Source: Tepidisphaera sp. (lineage in GTDB: Bacteria > Planctomycetota > Phycisphaerae > Phycisphaerales > UBA1924). Taken from it: 64,000 nt of DNA. The stretch's first letter is position 1. Every line of letters starts with the position of its first letter. The position numbers were made by a program, and so were the translations under genes. A model generated the notes under the pieces. The model was given only the letters and a program-made list of their open reading frames with translations. It ran no database searches and had not been told where the DNA came from. Location of the stretch: positions 1,632,001 to 1,696,000 of the forward strand of contig CP051526.1 of assembly GCA_050916045.1 (NCBI GenBank), in the 5' to 3' direction. Positions 1 to 10,082 of this stretch are shown here, piece by piece.

Positions 1-733
1 TCTCGCCGACGGAGACCTGACGGGCCGCGACGCGGTACGTCAGGGGCTTCTCGATCGGCGCGATGACGCGGGTGTCGAGAAGCCTCTGCTCGGCCTGCCT
101 GAGGGTGGAGGCTTTCACGCGGGCATCGGCGAGGAGCGAGCGGGCGTTGAGACGCTCGCTGTCGACGACCGTGCGGGCGACTTCGTGCTGGGTCTGGATG
201 TCGGCGAAGTCCTGTTCGGAGATCAGCGGGGGCGTGCGTTCGTAAAGCCTGCGGGCGCGGTCGAGGCGGGCTTTCGCGTTGCTTTCCTGCGCGATCGCGC
301 GGATGACAAGCGGGAGGGAGTCGAGATCGACCTCGCCCTCGGGAAGCTCGGAGAGGCCGATACGGGCGAGCGCGGCAAGCAGCGAGGCGCGGGCTTCATC
401 AACCGCGAGCTTGTAGTCGGTGGTGTCGATCGTGGCGAGCGGGCCGCCGTGCTTGACCGAATCTCCGAGGTCGGCGGCGATGTCGACGATCCGCCCGGGG
501 ACCTCGGCCGCGATCGTGACATCCTCCTCGCCGAAGAGGGTGCCGGTGACCTCGACGAACCGGTCGGTCGGTTTGGTCGCGACGGGGGTGAGCGAGACCT
601 TGATGGGGGCCGGTGCGGCCGGCTTGGCGGCTTGCTTCCCGCCCTCGCGGCAGGATGCGAGTGCCAAGAGGGAGAGGAGGAGCGCGGCCCGGGCGGTTTG
701 CGAGCGGAAGGTGGGTCGAGCGAGGTCGTTCAT
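1..733 (-). CDS. RND efflux periplasmic adaptor (membrane fusion protein), runs off the window edge
   Basis: Not in the ORF track; manual translation from ATG at 733 gives MNDLARPTFRSQTARAALLLSLLALASCREGG... (lipobox LASC), then VEVTGTLFGEEDVTIAAEVPGRIVDIAADLGDSVKHGGPLATID (lipoyl/barrel-sandwich motif) and a helical hairpin. Confidence 0.9.
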   Translation of the reverse strand, partial: MNDLARPTFRSQTARAALLLSLLALASCREGGKQAAKPAAPAPIKVSLTPVATKPTDRFVEVTGTLFGEEDVTIAAEVPGRIVDIAADLGDSVKHGGPLATIDTTDYKLAVDEARASLLAALARIGLSELPEGEVDLDSLPLVIRAIAQESNAKARLDRARRLYERTPPLISEQDFADIQTQHEVARTVVDSERLNARSLLADARVKASTLRQAEQRLLDTRVIAPIEKPLTYRVAARQVSVGE

Positions 734-746
734 CCGGGGATTCCCT

Positions 747-790
747 TTGCTTTTGCCGAAGGACGGGTAGTATAATACTGACCAGTCAGT
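747..790 (+). promoter_or_regulatory. sigma70-type promoter (TTGCTT-N18-TATAAT) followed by a palindromic TetR operator ACTGAC-CA-GTCAGT (777-790)
   Basis: Perfect TATAAT at 771-776 directly followed by a 6+6 inverted repeat in the short gap between the divergent MFP and tetR genes. Confidence 0.75.
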
Positions 791-819
791 TCTTCCTGTT
801 CGAAGAGGGAAATCGACGC

Positions 820-1416
820 GTGTCCAAGCAGAAGCCGAACAAGCAGGACGAGATTCTGGACGCGGCGGCGGATCTTTTCGCGAACAAGCCATTCCACGAG
901 GTGCGGCTTGAGGACATCGCGGCGCAGGCCCATGTCGGTAAGGGCACCGTGTATCTCTATTGGACGAGCAAGGAAGAGGTTTACCTCGCGGTGATCCGTC
1001 GCGGGTTCGCGTCGGTGCTTGACCGCCTTGATCTTGAGCTCGCCGAGAGCAAAGCCGGCGCGTGGGGCAAGCTCCACGCGGTGATCACCGGGCTTGTCTC
1101 GTTCGCGTACCAGCATCCGGGCGTGTACCGCATCATGCGGAGCGGGATTTTGACGCCAGATGATGCGGGGATTCAGCAGGTCCGGGCGGCGCTCGCGGAG
1201 CGGGTGACGGCGGTGCTTCGCGAGGGGACGCGGTCAGGTGAGCTCGACGATCCGCATCCGGAGCTGACGACGCAGTTCATTCTGTCGTTCGTCCGTGGAG
1301 CGGTGCTTTATCCGCCGGAAGGGATGACGCGCGAGACGCTGACGTGCCACATTCTGCGGCTGCTTCGATCCGGGATCGGGCGAGCGGGCTCGACGGTGAC
1401 GGGGGGCGGGGCATGA
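820..1416 (+). CDS. TetR/AcrR family transcriptional regulator
   Basis: N-terminal HTH ILDAAADLFANKPFHEVRLEDIAAQAHVGKGTVYLYWTSKEE; GTG start at 820 after a GAGGG SD-like sequence. Confidence 0.92.
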   Translation: MSKQKPNKQDEILDAAADLFANKPFHEVRLEDIAAQAHVGKGTVYLYWTSKEEVYLAVIRRGFASVLDRLDLELAESKAGAWGKLHAVITGLVSFAYQHPGVYRIMRSGILTPDDAGIQQVRAALAERVTAVLREGTRSGELDDPHPELTTQFILSFVRGAVLYPPEGMTRETLTCHILRLLRSGIGRAGSTVTGGGA

Positions 1417-2852
1417 AGCGTGCGCGTCTCGGCATGGTGGTCGCGATCGTGGCCGCTTGGGCGGTCGGCGGGTGCGCGACGGACCAGAGCTCGGATGTAG
1501 AGGCGTATCGCGCGATCAGCGATCCGCCGGGGCCGATGCCGGCGCACGCGGCTGGGGACGCGATCACGCTTGTGGATTCGCTGCGACTGGCGGCGGCGCA
1601 CAACGAGTCGATGGGGATCCAGGGTGAGCGGTACGTGCAGGCGTTGGCGGATCGGCAGCGGCTTGCGTCGAGCCTGATGCCGACGGTTGATCTGTTCACG
1701 GATGTCGCGATCCGAGAGAACAGCGGCGGCAATGGGGTGATTCAAGCGGATGCCGGATTGACCGGTCAGTACAGGCTTCTGACGGGGTTGAGCGATCTTC
1801 GCAATGTGGATGCGGCGGAGGCGCGGATTGAAGCGCAGCGTTGGCTGATCCTGGATCTGAGGGAGTCGCTTCTGGTGCAGACGGCGCAGGCGTACTACCA
1901 GACGCTTCGGGCTGAGCGGCTTGCGGGCGTGCTTGAGTCTTCGGTGCGGGCGCAGACCGAACGGCTCAATGACGCTCGGGCGCGGAACGAGGTGGGGTTC
2001 ACGCGGCCGCTGGATGTCTCGCAGATTGAATCTCAGGTGTCACGCACGCGGGCGCAGCTGATCGACGCGGAGCGGCAAGCGGGTGAAGCCCGGAGCGTGC
2101 TGGCGCTGCTTACGAACGCGGATGTGCGGCGCTCGGCGCTGACCGACGGGTTCGAAGCTCTGGCCGCGGACAAGCCTGTCGAGGAACTCACTCGGCTTGC
2201 GACCGAGCATCGGCAGGACATGCTCGCCGCGCGGGCGGATGCGGAAGCCGCGCGGGTGCTTGTGGATGCGGCGATCGGGCAGTACGCGCCGAGTCTGACG
2301 CTGAGCTTGGACTACTTCCTGCTGGGCGAGCCGGATCGGGCGGATCCGAGCTTGGCGTCGCTGCTGCAGCTTCGTCTGCCGATTTTCACGGCGGGGCGCA
2401 TCGAAGCGGAGGTCCGCGGCGCGTGGTCGGTCTTCCGTGAAAGCGTGCTGGCGTACCGGACACGGGTACGGCAGGTGAGGAGCGATGTCGAGACGGCACA
2501 TTTGCGGCTTCTGGCATCCGTACGCCTCGCGGCGGAGCTTGAGTCGCAGGTCCGGGTGGCGACGCAGGCGGTCGAGCTTGCGGAAGCGGCGTATGAAGCG
2601 GGGCTTGGGACGAATCTGGAGCGGGTGATCGCGCAGGATCAGCTTCTGGCGGCGGAACTCGAAGCCGTCAGCGAGTCGTTCACCACCAAGACGGCGTACT
2701 TGGAGCTGCTCCGGGCGTGCGGGCTTCTGAGCCGGAACATGATCGGCGCGCCCATGCCGGAGGTCTCGGAACGGGAGCGCACACCGCCGGATGCGCCGGT
2801 GCTTGACCGCTCGACTGCCCCCGCCCCGACAGCCCAAGGAGCCGCTTCATGA
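1413..2852 (+). CDS. TolC-family outer membrane efflux protein (lipoprotein)
   Basis: Signal with lipobox VGGC, two OEP-like repeats, LRLPIFTAG motif; ATGA overlaps with tetR and with the RND gene. Confidence 0.9.
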   Translation: MKRARLGMVVAIVAAWAVGGCATDQSSDVEAYRAISDPPGPMPAHAAGDAITLVDSLRLAAAHNESMGIQGERYVQALADRQRLASSLMPTVDLFTDVAIRENSGGNGVIQADAGLTGQYRLLTGLSDLRNVDAAEARIEAQRWLILDLRESLLVQTAQAYYQTLRAERLAGVLESSVRAQTERLNDARARNEVGFTRPLDVSQIESQVSRTRAQLIDAERQAGEARSVLALLTNADVRRSALTDGFEALAADKPVEELTRLATEHRQDMLAARADAEAARVLVDAAIGQYAPSLTLSLDYFLLGEPDRADPSLASLLQLRLPIFTAGRIEAEVRGAWSVFRESVLAYRTRVRQVRSDVETAHLRLLASVRLAAELESQVRVATQAVELAEAAYEAGLGTNLERVIAQDQLLAAELEAVSESFTTKTAYLELLRACGLLSRNMIGAPMPEVSERERTPPDAPVLDRSTAPAPTAQGAAS

Positions 2853-5800
2853 GGACCCTCGCGGAGATCTGCATCAAGCGGCCGGTGTTCGCGGTGATGC
2901 TCATCGCGGCGATGGTGGTGGTGGGTTCCGTGGCGTTCAGCAAACTCGGCGTGGACCGGCTGCCGTCGGTGGACCTGCCGACCGTCAACGTGCGCACGAC
3001 GCTGCCGGGCGCCTCGCCCGAGGAGGTCGAGTCGCAGGTCTCGCAGGTCATTGAGGAAGCGGTCAACACCGTCGAGGGAATTGAGGAGCTGCGCAGCATC
3101 TCGGGGCAGGGGTCGTCGGTGATTATCGCGACGTTCAGCCTGAGCCGGAACATCGACACGGCGGCGCAGGACGTGCGCGACCGGGTGGCGACGGTGCTTC
3201 GGCGGCTTCCGGATGATGCCGAGCCGCCGGTGGTGTCGAAGTTCGACAACGACTCGTCGCCGGTGCTGACGCTTGCGCTGAGCGGGGACCGGAGCATCCG
3301 GGAGCTGACGGAGGTGGCGGACAAGCTGATCCGGCCGCGGCTGGAGCGGTCGGCGGGCGTAGGGCAGGTCAACATCGTGGGCGGGCTTGAGCGCACGGTG
3401 AACATCGATGTGGATGCCCAGCGGCTGACGGCTCTTGGGATTCCGATCACGGCGGTTCGGGATGCCATTCAGCGGCAGAACGCGGACGTGCCCGGGGGGA
3501 ACGTGACGGGGCCGGAGCGTGAGCAGGTGCTTCGGACGATGGGGCGGCTGGAGACGCCGGAAGCGTTCAACGACATCATCGTGGCGGTGGTGAACGGGAC
3601 GCCGATCCGGATCAAGGACATCGGCGCGGCGACGGATGGGACGCGGGAGCAGCGGACGGCTTCGAGGCTGAACGGGGTGAACGCGGTGTCGCTGGAAATC
3701 CGGCGGCAGTCGGGAGCGAACAGCGTCGCGGTGATCGAAGGGGTGAGGAAGGAGTACCTCGCGCTCGCGGACATCGTGCCGACGGGGGTGAAGCTCGAGA
3801 TCATCCGCGACCAGTCGGAGTACATCTACGCGGCGCTGCACGAGATCGAGCTTCACCTGGTTCTGGGAGCGATCCTGGCGTCGTTGGTGGTGTTCGCGTT
3901 CATGCGGTCGTGGCGGTCGACGCTGATCGCGGCGGTGGCGATTCCGACGTCGGTGATCGCGACGTTCGGCGTGATGTGGGTGCTGGATTTCACGCTCAAC
4001 AGCGTGACGATGCTGGCGCTGGTGCTGATGGTGGGCATCGTGATCGACGATGCGATCGTGGTGCTTGAGAACATCTACCGGCTGGTCGAGGAAGAGGGGA
4101 TGCCGGCGATGGAAGCGGCGCGGAAGGGGACAGGCGAGATCGCGCTGGCGGTTCTCGCGACGACACTTTCGCTGGTGGTGATTTTCGTGCCGGTGTCATT
4201 CATGTCGTCGATCTCGGGGCGGTTTTTGTACCAGTTCGGCGTCACGGCGGCGGTGGCGGTGCTGGTGTCGCTTCTGGTGTCGTTCTCGCTGACGCCGATG
4301 ATGGCTTCCCGGATGCTCAAAGCGGATCCCAAGGGGCCTAGGCACGGCGAGCGGGCGACGAGCCGGAGAGGGTTCTACGCCCTTCTGGACGGGGCGTACG
4401 TGGGCACGCTCCGCTGGTGCGTTCGGTGGCGGAAGACGACGCTTGTGGTGGCGGCGGTGGCGATGGCGTCGGCGGTTCCGCTGTACTCGATGCTGAGGCA
4501 GGACTACGTGCCCAGCGATGTGGACGAAGCGGAGTTCAACGTCAATATCAACGGGCCGGAAGGGGTCAGCTTTGAAGCGTTCGACGAAGCGGTGAAGGAG
4601 GTTGAGAAGCGGATCTCGGCGCATCCGGCCGTGGTGACGACGCTTTCGTCGGTGGGTGGGTCGTTCCTGGGCCAGGTGAACCGGGGGGAGATCTACGTGC
4701 GGATCCAGCCGCACGCGGGGCGGTACCTTTCGCTCTCGCGGCTTTGGCGGGAGACGCTCGCGGGTAAGCCGCTTGACGCGTTCCGCGGCAACTACACACA
4801 GTCGGACGTGATTCAGCAGCTTCGCAGGGAGGTGCGGGGCCTGCCGGACCTTCGCGTGTCGATCCGGCCGTTCGCGGCGTTCAATATCGGCGGCGGCAAC
4901 TTCGACATCGACCTTGCGATCCGCGGGCCGGAGCTTGAGAAGCTTGCCGAGTACACCGAGACGCTGCGGGTGCGTTCGCGCGAGCTTGGTGGCCTTCCGG
5001 ACATCGACACGACGCTGAAGCTGAACACGCCCGAGCTTCGTGTTGAGATTGATCGCGAGCGGGCGGCGGACCTTGGTGTTTCGCCGCGGGATGTGGGGAC
5101 GGCGCTGCGGCTTCTGGTCGGCGGCGAGGATGAGGTGTCGCGGTTCCGCGATCCGGCGACGAACGAGGACTACGACGTGCAGCTTCGGCTGATCCGTCGG
5201 GATCGCGAGCGGCCGGATGAACTGCCGCAGCTTCTGGTGCCAGCGCCTGCCTCGCCGGGGCGGGTCGTGGAGCTTCGGTCTTTCGCGGACGTCGTGCCGG
5301 CGCAGGGAGCCGCCCGCATCGATCGACTTGATCGGCAGCGTGCGGCGAACGTGCGCGGGACCGTGGGATCGGGGTACGCGCTGGCGGACCGGCTGGAGGC
5401 GATGCGGGGGGAGATCGACAAGCTTCAGATGCCTGGGGAGTACACGGTTCGGACGCTGGGCCGGGGGCGCGAGCTTGAGCGCACGTTCGCGGAGTTCCTG
5501 ATCGCGTTTGCGCTCTCGATCGTGTTCATGTACATGATTCTGGCGGCGAACTACGAGAGCTATCTGCACCCGTTCACGATCCTGCTGTCGCTGCCGCTTT
5601 CGATTCCGTTCGCGTTCCTGTCGCTGTGGCTGATGGGTGAATCGTTGAACCTGTACTCGGCGCTAGGGATTCTGGTGCTTTTCGGGATCGTGAAGAAGAA
5701 CTCGATTCTTCAGGTGGACCACATCAATCAGCTTCGTGAGCGCGGGGTTCCGATCGAGGAAGCCGTGGTGCAGGGGAGCCGGGATCGCCTGAGGCCGATC

Positions 5801-6022
5801 CTAATGACGACGCTGGCGCTGATTGGGGGGATGCTGCCGCTTGCGGTGGGGACCGGGCCGGGAGCGGAGGAGCGGCGAGCGGTGGCGGTGGTGGTGATCG
5901 GGGGCCAGATGTTGTCGCTGATCCTGACGCTTCTGGTCACGCCGGTGGCGCACCTGGTGCTGGACAGGGCGTTCGGGCGGCGGCGCACTGTGTCTCGTGA
6001 TGCGGAAGGTCATCCGGCCTGA
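2849..6022 (+). CDS. RND efflux transporter permease (AcrB/MdtB-like)
   Basis: 1057 aa; IKRPVFA N-terminus, TM4 GIVIDDAIVVLEN, TM10 GIVKKNSIL, RLRPILMTT. Confidence 0.96.
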   Translation: MRTLAEICIKRPVFAVMLIAAMVVVGSVAFSKLGVDRLPSVDLPTVNVRTTLPGASPEEVESQVSQVIEEAVNTVEGIEELRSISGQGSSVIIATFSLSRNIDTAAQDVRDRVATVLRRLPDDAEPPVVSKFDNDSSPVLTLALSGDRSIRELTEVADKLIRPRLERSAGVGQVNIVGGLERTVNIDVDAQRLTALGIPITAVRDAIQRQNADVPGGNVTGPEREQVLRTMGRLETPEAFNDIIVAVVNGTPIRIKDIGAATDGTREQRTASRLNGVNAVSLEIRRQSGANSVAVIEGVRKEYLALADIVPTGVKLEIIRDQSEYIYAALHEIELHLVLGAILASLVVFAFMRSWRSTLIAAVAIPTSVIATFGVMWVLDFTLNSVTMLALVLMVGIVIDDAIVVLENIYRLVEEEGMPAMEAARKGTGEIALAVLATTLSLVVIFVPVSFMSSISGRFLYQFGVTAAVAVLVSLLVSFSLTPMMASRMLKADPKGPRHGERATSRRGFYALLDGAYVGTLRWCVRWRKTTLVVAAVAMASAVPLYSMLRQDYVPSDVDEAEFNVNINGPEGVSFEAFDEAVKEVEKRISAHPAVVTTLSSVGGSFLGQVNRGEIYVRIQPHAGRYLSLSRLWRETLAGKPLDAFRGNYTQSDVIQQLRREVRGLPDLRVSIRPFAAFNIGGGNFDIDLAIRGPELEKLAEYTETLRVRSRELGGLPDIDTTLKLNTPELRVEIDRERAADLGVSPRDVGTALRLLVGGEDEVSRFRDPATNEDYDVQLRLIRRDRERPDELPQLLVPAPASPGRVVELRSFADVVPAQGAARIDRLDRQRAANVRGTVGSGYALADRLEAMRGEIDKLQMPGEYTVRTLGRGRELERTFAEFLIAFALSIVFMYMILAANYESYLHPFTILLSLPLSIPFAFLSLWLMGESLNLYSALGILVLFGIVKKNSILQVDHINQLRERGVPIEEAVVQGSRDRLRPILMTTLALIGGMLPLAVGTGPGAEERRAVAVVVIGGQMLSLILTLLVTPVAHLVLDRAFGRRRTVSRDAEGHPA

Positions 6023-6435
6023 GGGGTGAGCGCGGGTGGCCCCGAAAGCATGACCGCGAGCGGCGCGAGGTAGCCGAAGATGACGGCGAGCGTCCAGAGG
6101 ATGCAGCACACCACGAACTTGCCGTTGATGGCTTCGGCGTTGCCGGGGACGATCTGCTTGGCGATCAGGATGGCGGTGATGATGCCGATGATGGCGACGG
6201 GGATCATGAGCCAAAGGGCGAGCGTCTGCCGCTCCGCGTGGTAGAGCCAGGGGCCCAGCAGGAAGCCCGCGTGGAGCAGCCAGACGAAGACGGCGGCGAT
6301 GACAACCGGCGATGGGCTCTTGGTGTTGCCAAAAGCACGGCCGACGGCGCTGATTCCGTACGCGACGATGCAGAGCGCGATCGTGAGAATCAGCGGTGAA
6401 ATGGACAGGATGATCATGGCGGGGAGCCGTGGCAT
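6010..6435 (-). CDS. Hypothetical membrane protein (about 4 TM)
   Basis: Hydrophobic C-terminal part of the 6010..6768 ORF; start at 6435 or 6417. Confidence 0.6.
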   Translation of the reverse strand: MPRLPAMIILSISPLILTIALCIVAYGISAVGRAFGNTKSPSPVVIAAVFVWLLHAGFLLGPWLYHAERQTLALWLMIPVAIIGIITAILIAKQIVPGNAEAINGKFVVCCILWTLAVIFGYLAPLAVMLSGPPALTPQAG

Positions 6436-6460
6436 TGTGAGTGGTTCCGATCGAGATGGA

Positions 6461-6838
6461 TCACCAGAAGCCGCCTTCTCGGAAGCGGTCGGCGCGGGAA
6501 GCGTTTTCGAGGCGATGGAGTTCCGCACGGAGCGCGTCCATGTCGGGAAGGATGGAGGGGGTAAAGGGCTCGATGACGAAGTAGACCCCCGACGGATCGG
6601 CGAACTCGCCGGAGTGATGGGAGGAAGAGCGCTCGACGAAGGTGAGATCCGTGGTGGTTTGTCGAGGGCGGGTGGTGACGGCACGCTCGAGGCGGACGCA
6701 GAGGCCCGAGGGCGGAGCAACGCGTGCTGGCGTGATCTCGACGATGCGGTTTCCGGCTTGGAGTTCATCGCGGATGAGCGAGCGGAGGGCCTGCGGGAAC
6801 TCGGACGGCAGACGTGCGAGGCCCGGATGGTTGGTCAC
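6461..6838 (-). CDS. Hypothetical protein
   Basis: 125 aa with protein-like composition; AGGA SD; overlaps the stop of the upstream gene by 4 nt. Confidence 0.65.
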   Translation of the reverse strand: MTNHPGLARLPSEFPQALRSLIRDELQAGNRIVEITPARVAPPSGLCVRLERAVTTRPRQTTTDLTFVERSSSHHSGEFADPSGVYFVIEPFTPSILPDMDALRAELHRLENASRADRFREGGFW

Positions 6839-8043
6839 GGGTGGTTCCTTTCAGGGATCGGGTAGCCGGCGCGGGCCATGACCTTGGCGAGCTTGTTCCA
6901 GCGCTTGTCACGCGTGAGGTAGGCCGCGTTTCTGGCCATGGTGCGTGCGGCTTGATCGATGGCGGTGTGGTGAGGTGTGTTTCGGAAGCGATCGGCGGCT
7001 TGGAGCATGACGCGGACGAAATCGTGCGGGTTGGGGTTCAGCTCGTAGTTGTCGGAGAGGAAGTTCGGACGGAAGTCCATGTCTTGGGCGGTGGCGAGGA
7101 GAGCGCACTGAATGGCGTGGGCCCAGGGGGCCGAGTTGGCTTGCAGAGTCGAGTCGGGCGCGGAACGAATGAGGATCGAGCCTCCCCAGCGGCTTCGGAG
7201 CTTGTTTGATCGCATCACCTCGGCGAAGAGGCGGCCGGAGTCAGGGGTGTCGAGGACTCGCTGGATGAGGATTGCTCGGCACTCGTCATCGTTGGCGACG
7301 TCGTCGATGATGAAGAACTCCAGGAGCATGGGGATCGGCTCGTCGGCGGGGACGCGATCGAGGTCCTTGCGGAGCTCGGATGCGAGGGTGGCTCCGGGCG
7401 GGAGCTTGAGGCTGGAGCCGCGGACGGAAGCGAGGGTGGACCGAAGGACGTTGGCGGCGGCGACGCGAACGGGTTGGCCGAACGCGTAGGCGCCGCCGAG
7501 GTATCCGAGCGCGGAGGTGATCGCGAGCGTCCATGTCGCGGCGCGGAGAGCGGTCGCCATCTTTGGCTGAGCTTGAATCGCTTGAGGCGTCGAGAAGGCG
7601 TCGACGGTCAGAAGCCACGCGAGCAGGACGGGGCCGAAGATGCCGAGCATCCAGCAGAGGATGTGCTTGAGAGCGCGGAGTGGGGGCCTGCTCATGCCGG
7701 GCTCGGCCCACATGGTGAAAGCCATGAACGCCGCGAGCGCCACGCCGAAACTCATGACCATCGTGAGGATGCCGGTCGCCCACCAGGGAAGATGGATGAC
7801 GGCCGCGAGGGCCCGGTCGGATCGAAGCGACGCGAGCAGGCTTGCGAGGGCGATGAGTACTCCGGCGATCATGAAGCCGAAGAGCACGACGACGAGCCCC
7901 ATCGCTTGCTCGCCCCTGGGCGGCTGACGCAGGAAGAGCCCGGTCATCAGCACGTTGCATCCGAGGATCACGAGCGTTCCGAGGACGATGAGGATCGTGG
8001 CGAGCGGAGCGAGCGGGGCGAGCGGGGCGAGCGGGGCGAGCAT
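6835..8043 (-). CDS. Hypothetical protein, N-terminal multi-TM region plus C-terminal helical domain
   Basis: 402 aa; about 5 hydrophobic segments; GAGGA SD before ATG. Confidence 0.75.
   Translation of the reverse strand: MLAPLAPLAPLAPLATILIVLGTLVILGCNVLMTGLFLRQPPRGEQAMGLVVVLFGFMIAGVLIALASLLASLRSDRALAAVIHLPWWATGILTMVMSFGVALAAFMAFTMWAEPGMSRPPLRALKHILCWMLGIFGPVLLAWLLTVDAFSTPQAIQAQPKMATALRAATWTLAITSALGYLGGAYAFGQPVRVAAANVLRSTLASVRGSSLKLPPGATLASELRKDLDRVPADEPIPMLLEFFIIDDVANDDECRAILIQRVLDTPDSGRLFAEVMRSNKLRSRWGGSILIRSAPDSTLQANSAPWAHAIQCALLATAQDMDFRPNFLSDNYELNPNPHDFVRVMLQAADRFRNTPHHTAIDQAARTMARNAAYLTRDKRWNKLAKVMARAGYPIPERNHP
8000..8041. repeat. In-frame 9-bp tandem repeat (GCGAGCGGG x4 plus partial) encoding (LAP)4
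   Basis: gcgagcgga gcgagcggg gcgagcggg gcgagcggg gcgagc. Confidence 0.9.
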
Positions 8044-8065
8044 GGCGTGTCCTCGGTCGGCAGGC

Positions 8066-8482
8066 TTAGCGGGGCCAGGCGAATCGGACGGACTTGGGGG
8101 AGTCCGCGGAGCCGTCGGCTTTGCGGAGCTGGACGAAGATCTCGATCTCGCAGGGCTTGCCGTCCTTGACGTGGACGCGGTACTGGACGCTTCGGGGGTC
8201 GCCCGAGGTGGGGTCGATGCAGTTGCCCCAGGTGAAGAAGGGCTTGCTTTGGGCGCCGGCGCTTCGGGCGCTGGTCCGCATGGCTTCGGGCTCGAAGACG
8301 ACGCCGGTGAGGTGGCGGGCTTTGATGCGGACGCGCCATTCGCCGGAAGCGATGTCGGTTTCCTTGTAGGCGACGAAGGCGTAGTCGTCGTTGAGGATGG
8401 CGTCGTAGGCGTCGAGCTCGGCGAGGATGGCGACGGTCTGGGTGGGGGTGCTGGCGGGGGCTTCGATGAGTTTGGCGGGCAT
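8066..8482 (-). CDS. Hypothetical protein (138 aa)
   Basis: C-terminal part of the 8066..9724 ORF from MPAKLIEAP; AAAGGA SD upstream. Confidence 0.7.
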   Translation of the reverse strand: MPAKLIEAPASTPTQTVAILAELDAYDAILNDDYAFVAYKETDIASGEWRVRIKARHLTGVVFEPEAMRTSARSAGAQSKPFFTWGNCIDPTSGDPRSVQYRVHVKDGKPCEIEIFVQLRKADGSADSPKSVRFAWPR

Positions 8483-8568
8483 GTGTGTGGTCCTTTGGTG
8501 TTGCGGATGAATGGTCGTGTTGCTGGAGGTCAGTGCGAGTCGCGGAGACGCGAAAGCTCGGGAATCCG

Positions 8569-9129
8569 TCAGAGGAACGGGCTGATCAGCCCGAGGAAGA
8601 GGAGCGAAAGGGCTCCGGCGATGATGAACCACTTGGGATTGGAGGTGGATTCGAGGCGAAGAAACCCGCGATCGGGGAGCGTGGGGTCGGCGTAGGCCTT
8701 GAGCGTCATGCCGGGGGTGTACTCGCGGACCTCCTCGGCGGCGCTCTCGCGGCTTGCGTAGGAGCGATGGATGATCGTGGGGTAGAGAAGGTCGCTTTCG
8801 TACCGCGTGTCGCCGATGGAGTACTCGAAGCGGACCTCGGGCAGGTGGGTGGTTGTGCTGGTGCTTCGGAGTGGGCGGGTGTCGTTGTCGCGAGAGGTGC
8901 TTGATTTGACCTCGACGGAGAGGATTCGGGCTTCGACGGGCACGGCCGAGGTCATGAGACGACGCTGGGTGAAGTGTTCGCGGGTGCCGACGACGATGAG
9001 CATGACGCCCAGGCCGCCGAACATGAGGACGAAGATCGCGAGCATGATGAAGTCCGTCACGGTGCGTTTCCTGGTTCGACGGCGGTGGAGGGATGCGAGC
9101 AGGTTGCCGGGAGTGCGGGCGGGCGTCAT
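8569..9129 (-). CDS. DUF3592-like membrane protein
   Basis: TM, beta-rich domain (VRFEYSIGDTRYES...AYADPTLPDRGFL), TM. Confidence 0.75.
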   Translation of the reverse strand: MTPARTPGNLLASLHRRRTRKRTVTDFIMLAIFVLMFGGLGVMLIVVGTREHFTQRRLMTSAVPVEARILSVEVKSSTSRDNDTRPLRSTSTTTHLPEVRFEYSIGDTRYESDLLYPTIIHRSYASRESAAEEVREYTPGMTLKAYADPTLPDRGFLRLESTSNPKWFIIAGALSLLFLGLISPFL

Positions 9130-10055
9130 GGGGAAGGGCTCCTGAGAATGGCGTCGATCTCGGCGCGGTCCTCGTCCATGCCGGCGCCGTAGCGGTCGGC
9201 TTCTTCCTCCGTGTGCGGGTCGGGATAGGTGCTGAGTCGGTGCTGGAGGGCGCGGGCGTGGAGCTCAAGGGCCCGGGGTGAGGGTGTGGAGCGTCTGCCG
9301 TCGCGGCGGACCTGTTCACGAAGAGCTTGAAGGAAGAGTTCTGAGAGAGCGGCGCGTCCTTGGGCGGAGTCGTCGGCGGCGAAGACGAGCTGTGCGGCTT
9401 CGTTGAATCGGTCGGCGGCGATGAGGGGGGCGGCCTTGGCGAGCGCGGCTTCGCGGGCTTTGGCGACCTCTTTGGCGTGGATTGCGGCTTGGGTTTCTGG
9501 CGGGGGCGATGGGTCGCGAGTGATGAGGTCGATCTCGTAGTCGGGGCCGTCCTGCTCGAGCTTGACGGTGGGGCCGAGGTGGTGGATGAGTTCGAAGGAG
9601 TGGATGCACCGCTCGAGCTTGGGCATGAACGTGGGTTCGAACTCGCGGGGGCAGATGACGCGGGCGGTGAGGAAGCGGTTGCCGTCTTCGAGGGCGACGA
9701 TGCTGAGGACGAGTTCATCCTCATCCTCGCCGTGCAAAGCGGTTGCGAGAATCGCCGGGTGGTTCTTGCGGACGCCGCCGACGTACGACGGGCCGATGCT
9801 GAGGAGCCGCGTGCTTTCGCCGGCGAGAAGGGAGACCAGCCGGTCGCGGACGGGACCGGTGGTGAGGTTCGGGTGATGGGCGATGAGGAGCGAGACGGGG
9901 GCCGCGGGCGCGGAGAGGGAGAGCAAGACCACGGACGGCTCAGGGTTTGCGAAGCCCGTCGGTCCGCCGTCCGACTTGACGAAGTCCGAGGGAGTCTTCA
10001 TCGTGAAGTTCAGGCCGGACGGGCGGTCGAGGTGGTTTTTCTGGAGCAAAGCCAT
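9126..10055 (-). CDS. Hypothetical protein, N-terminal region possibly PsbP/DcrB-like
   Basis: 309 aa; GGAGGA SD; LNFTMKTPSDF...FLTARVICPREFEPTFMPKLERCIHSFEL pattern. Confidence 0.65.
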   Translation of the reverse strand: MALLQKNHLDRPSGLNFTMKTPSDFVKSDGGPTGFANPEPSVVLLSLSAPAAPVSLLIAHHPNLTTGPVRDRLVSLLAGESTRLLSIGPSYVGGVRKNHPAILATALHGEDEDELVLSIVALEDGNRFLTARVICPREFEPTFMPKLERCIHSFELIHHLGPTVKLEQDGPDYEIDLITRDPSPPPETQAAIHAKEVAKAREAALAKAAPLIAADRFNEAAQLVFAADDSAQGRAALSELFLQALREQVRRDGRRSTPSPRALELHARALQHRLSTYPDPHTEEEADRYGAGMDEDRAEIDAILRSPSP

Positions 10056-10082
10056 GCGATCCTCCGGCGTCGGTCGGGGTGG

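Noticed and set aside
8483..9724. 552-aa ORF 8066..9724 as a single gene
   Set aside because: The upstream ~410 codons are low-complexity and overlap two better genes; only the last 138 codons look real
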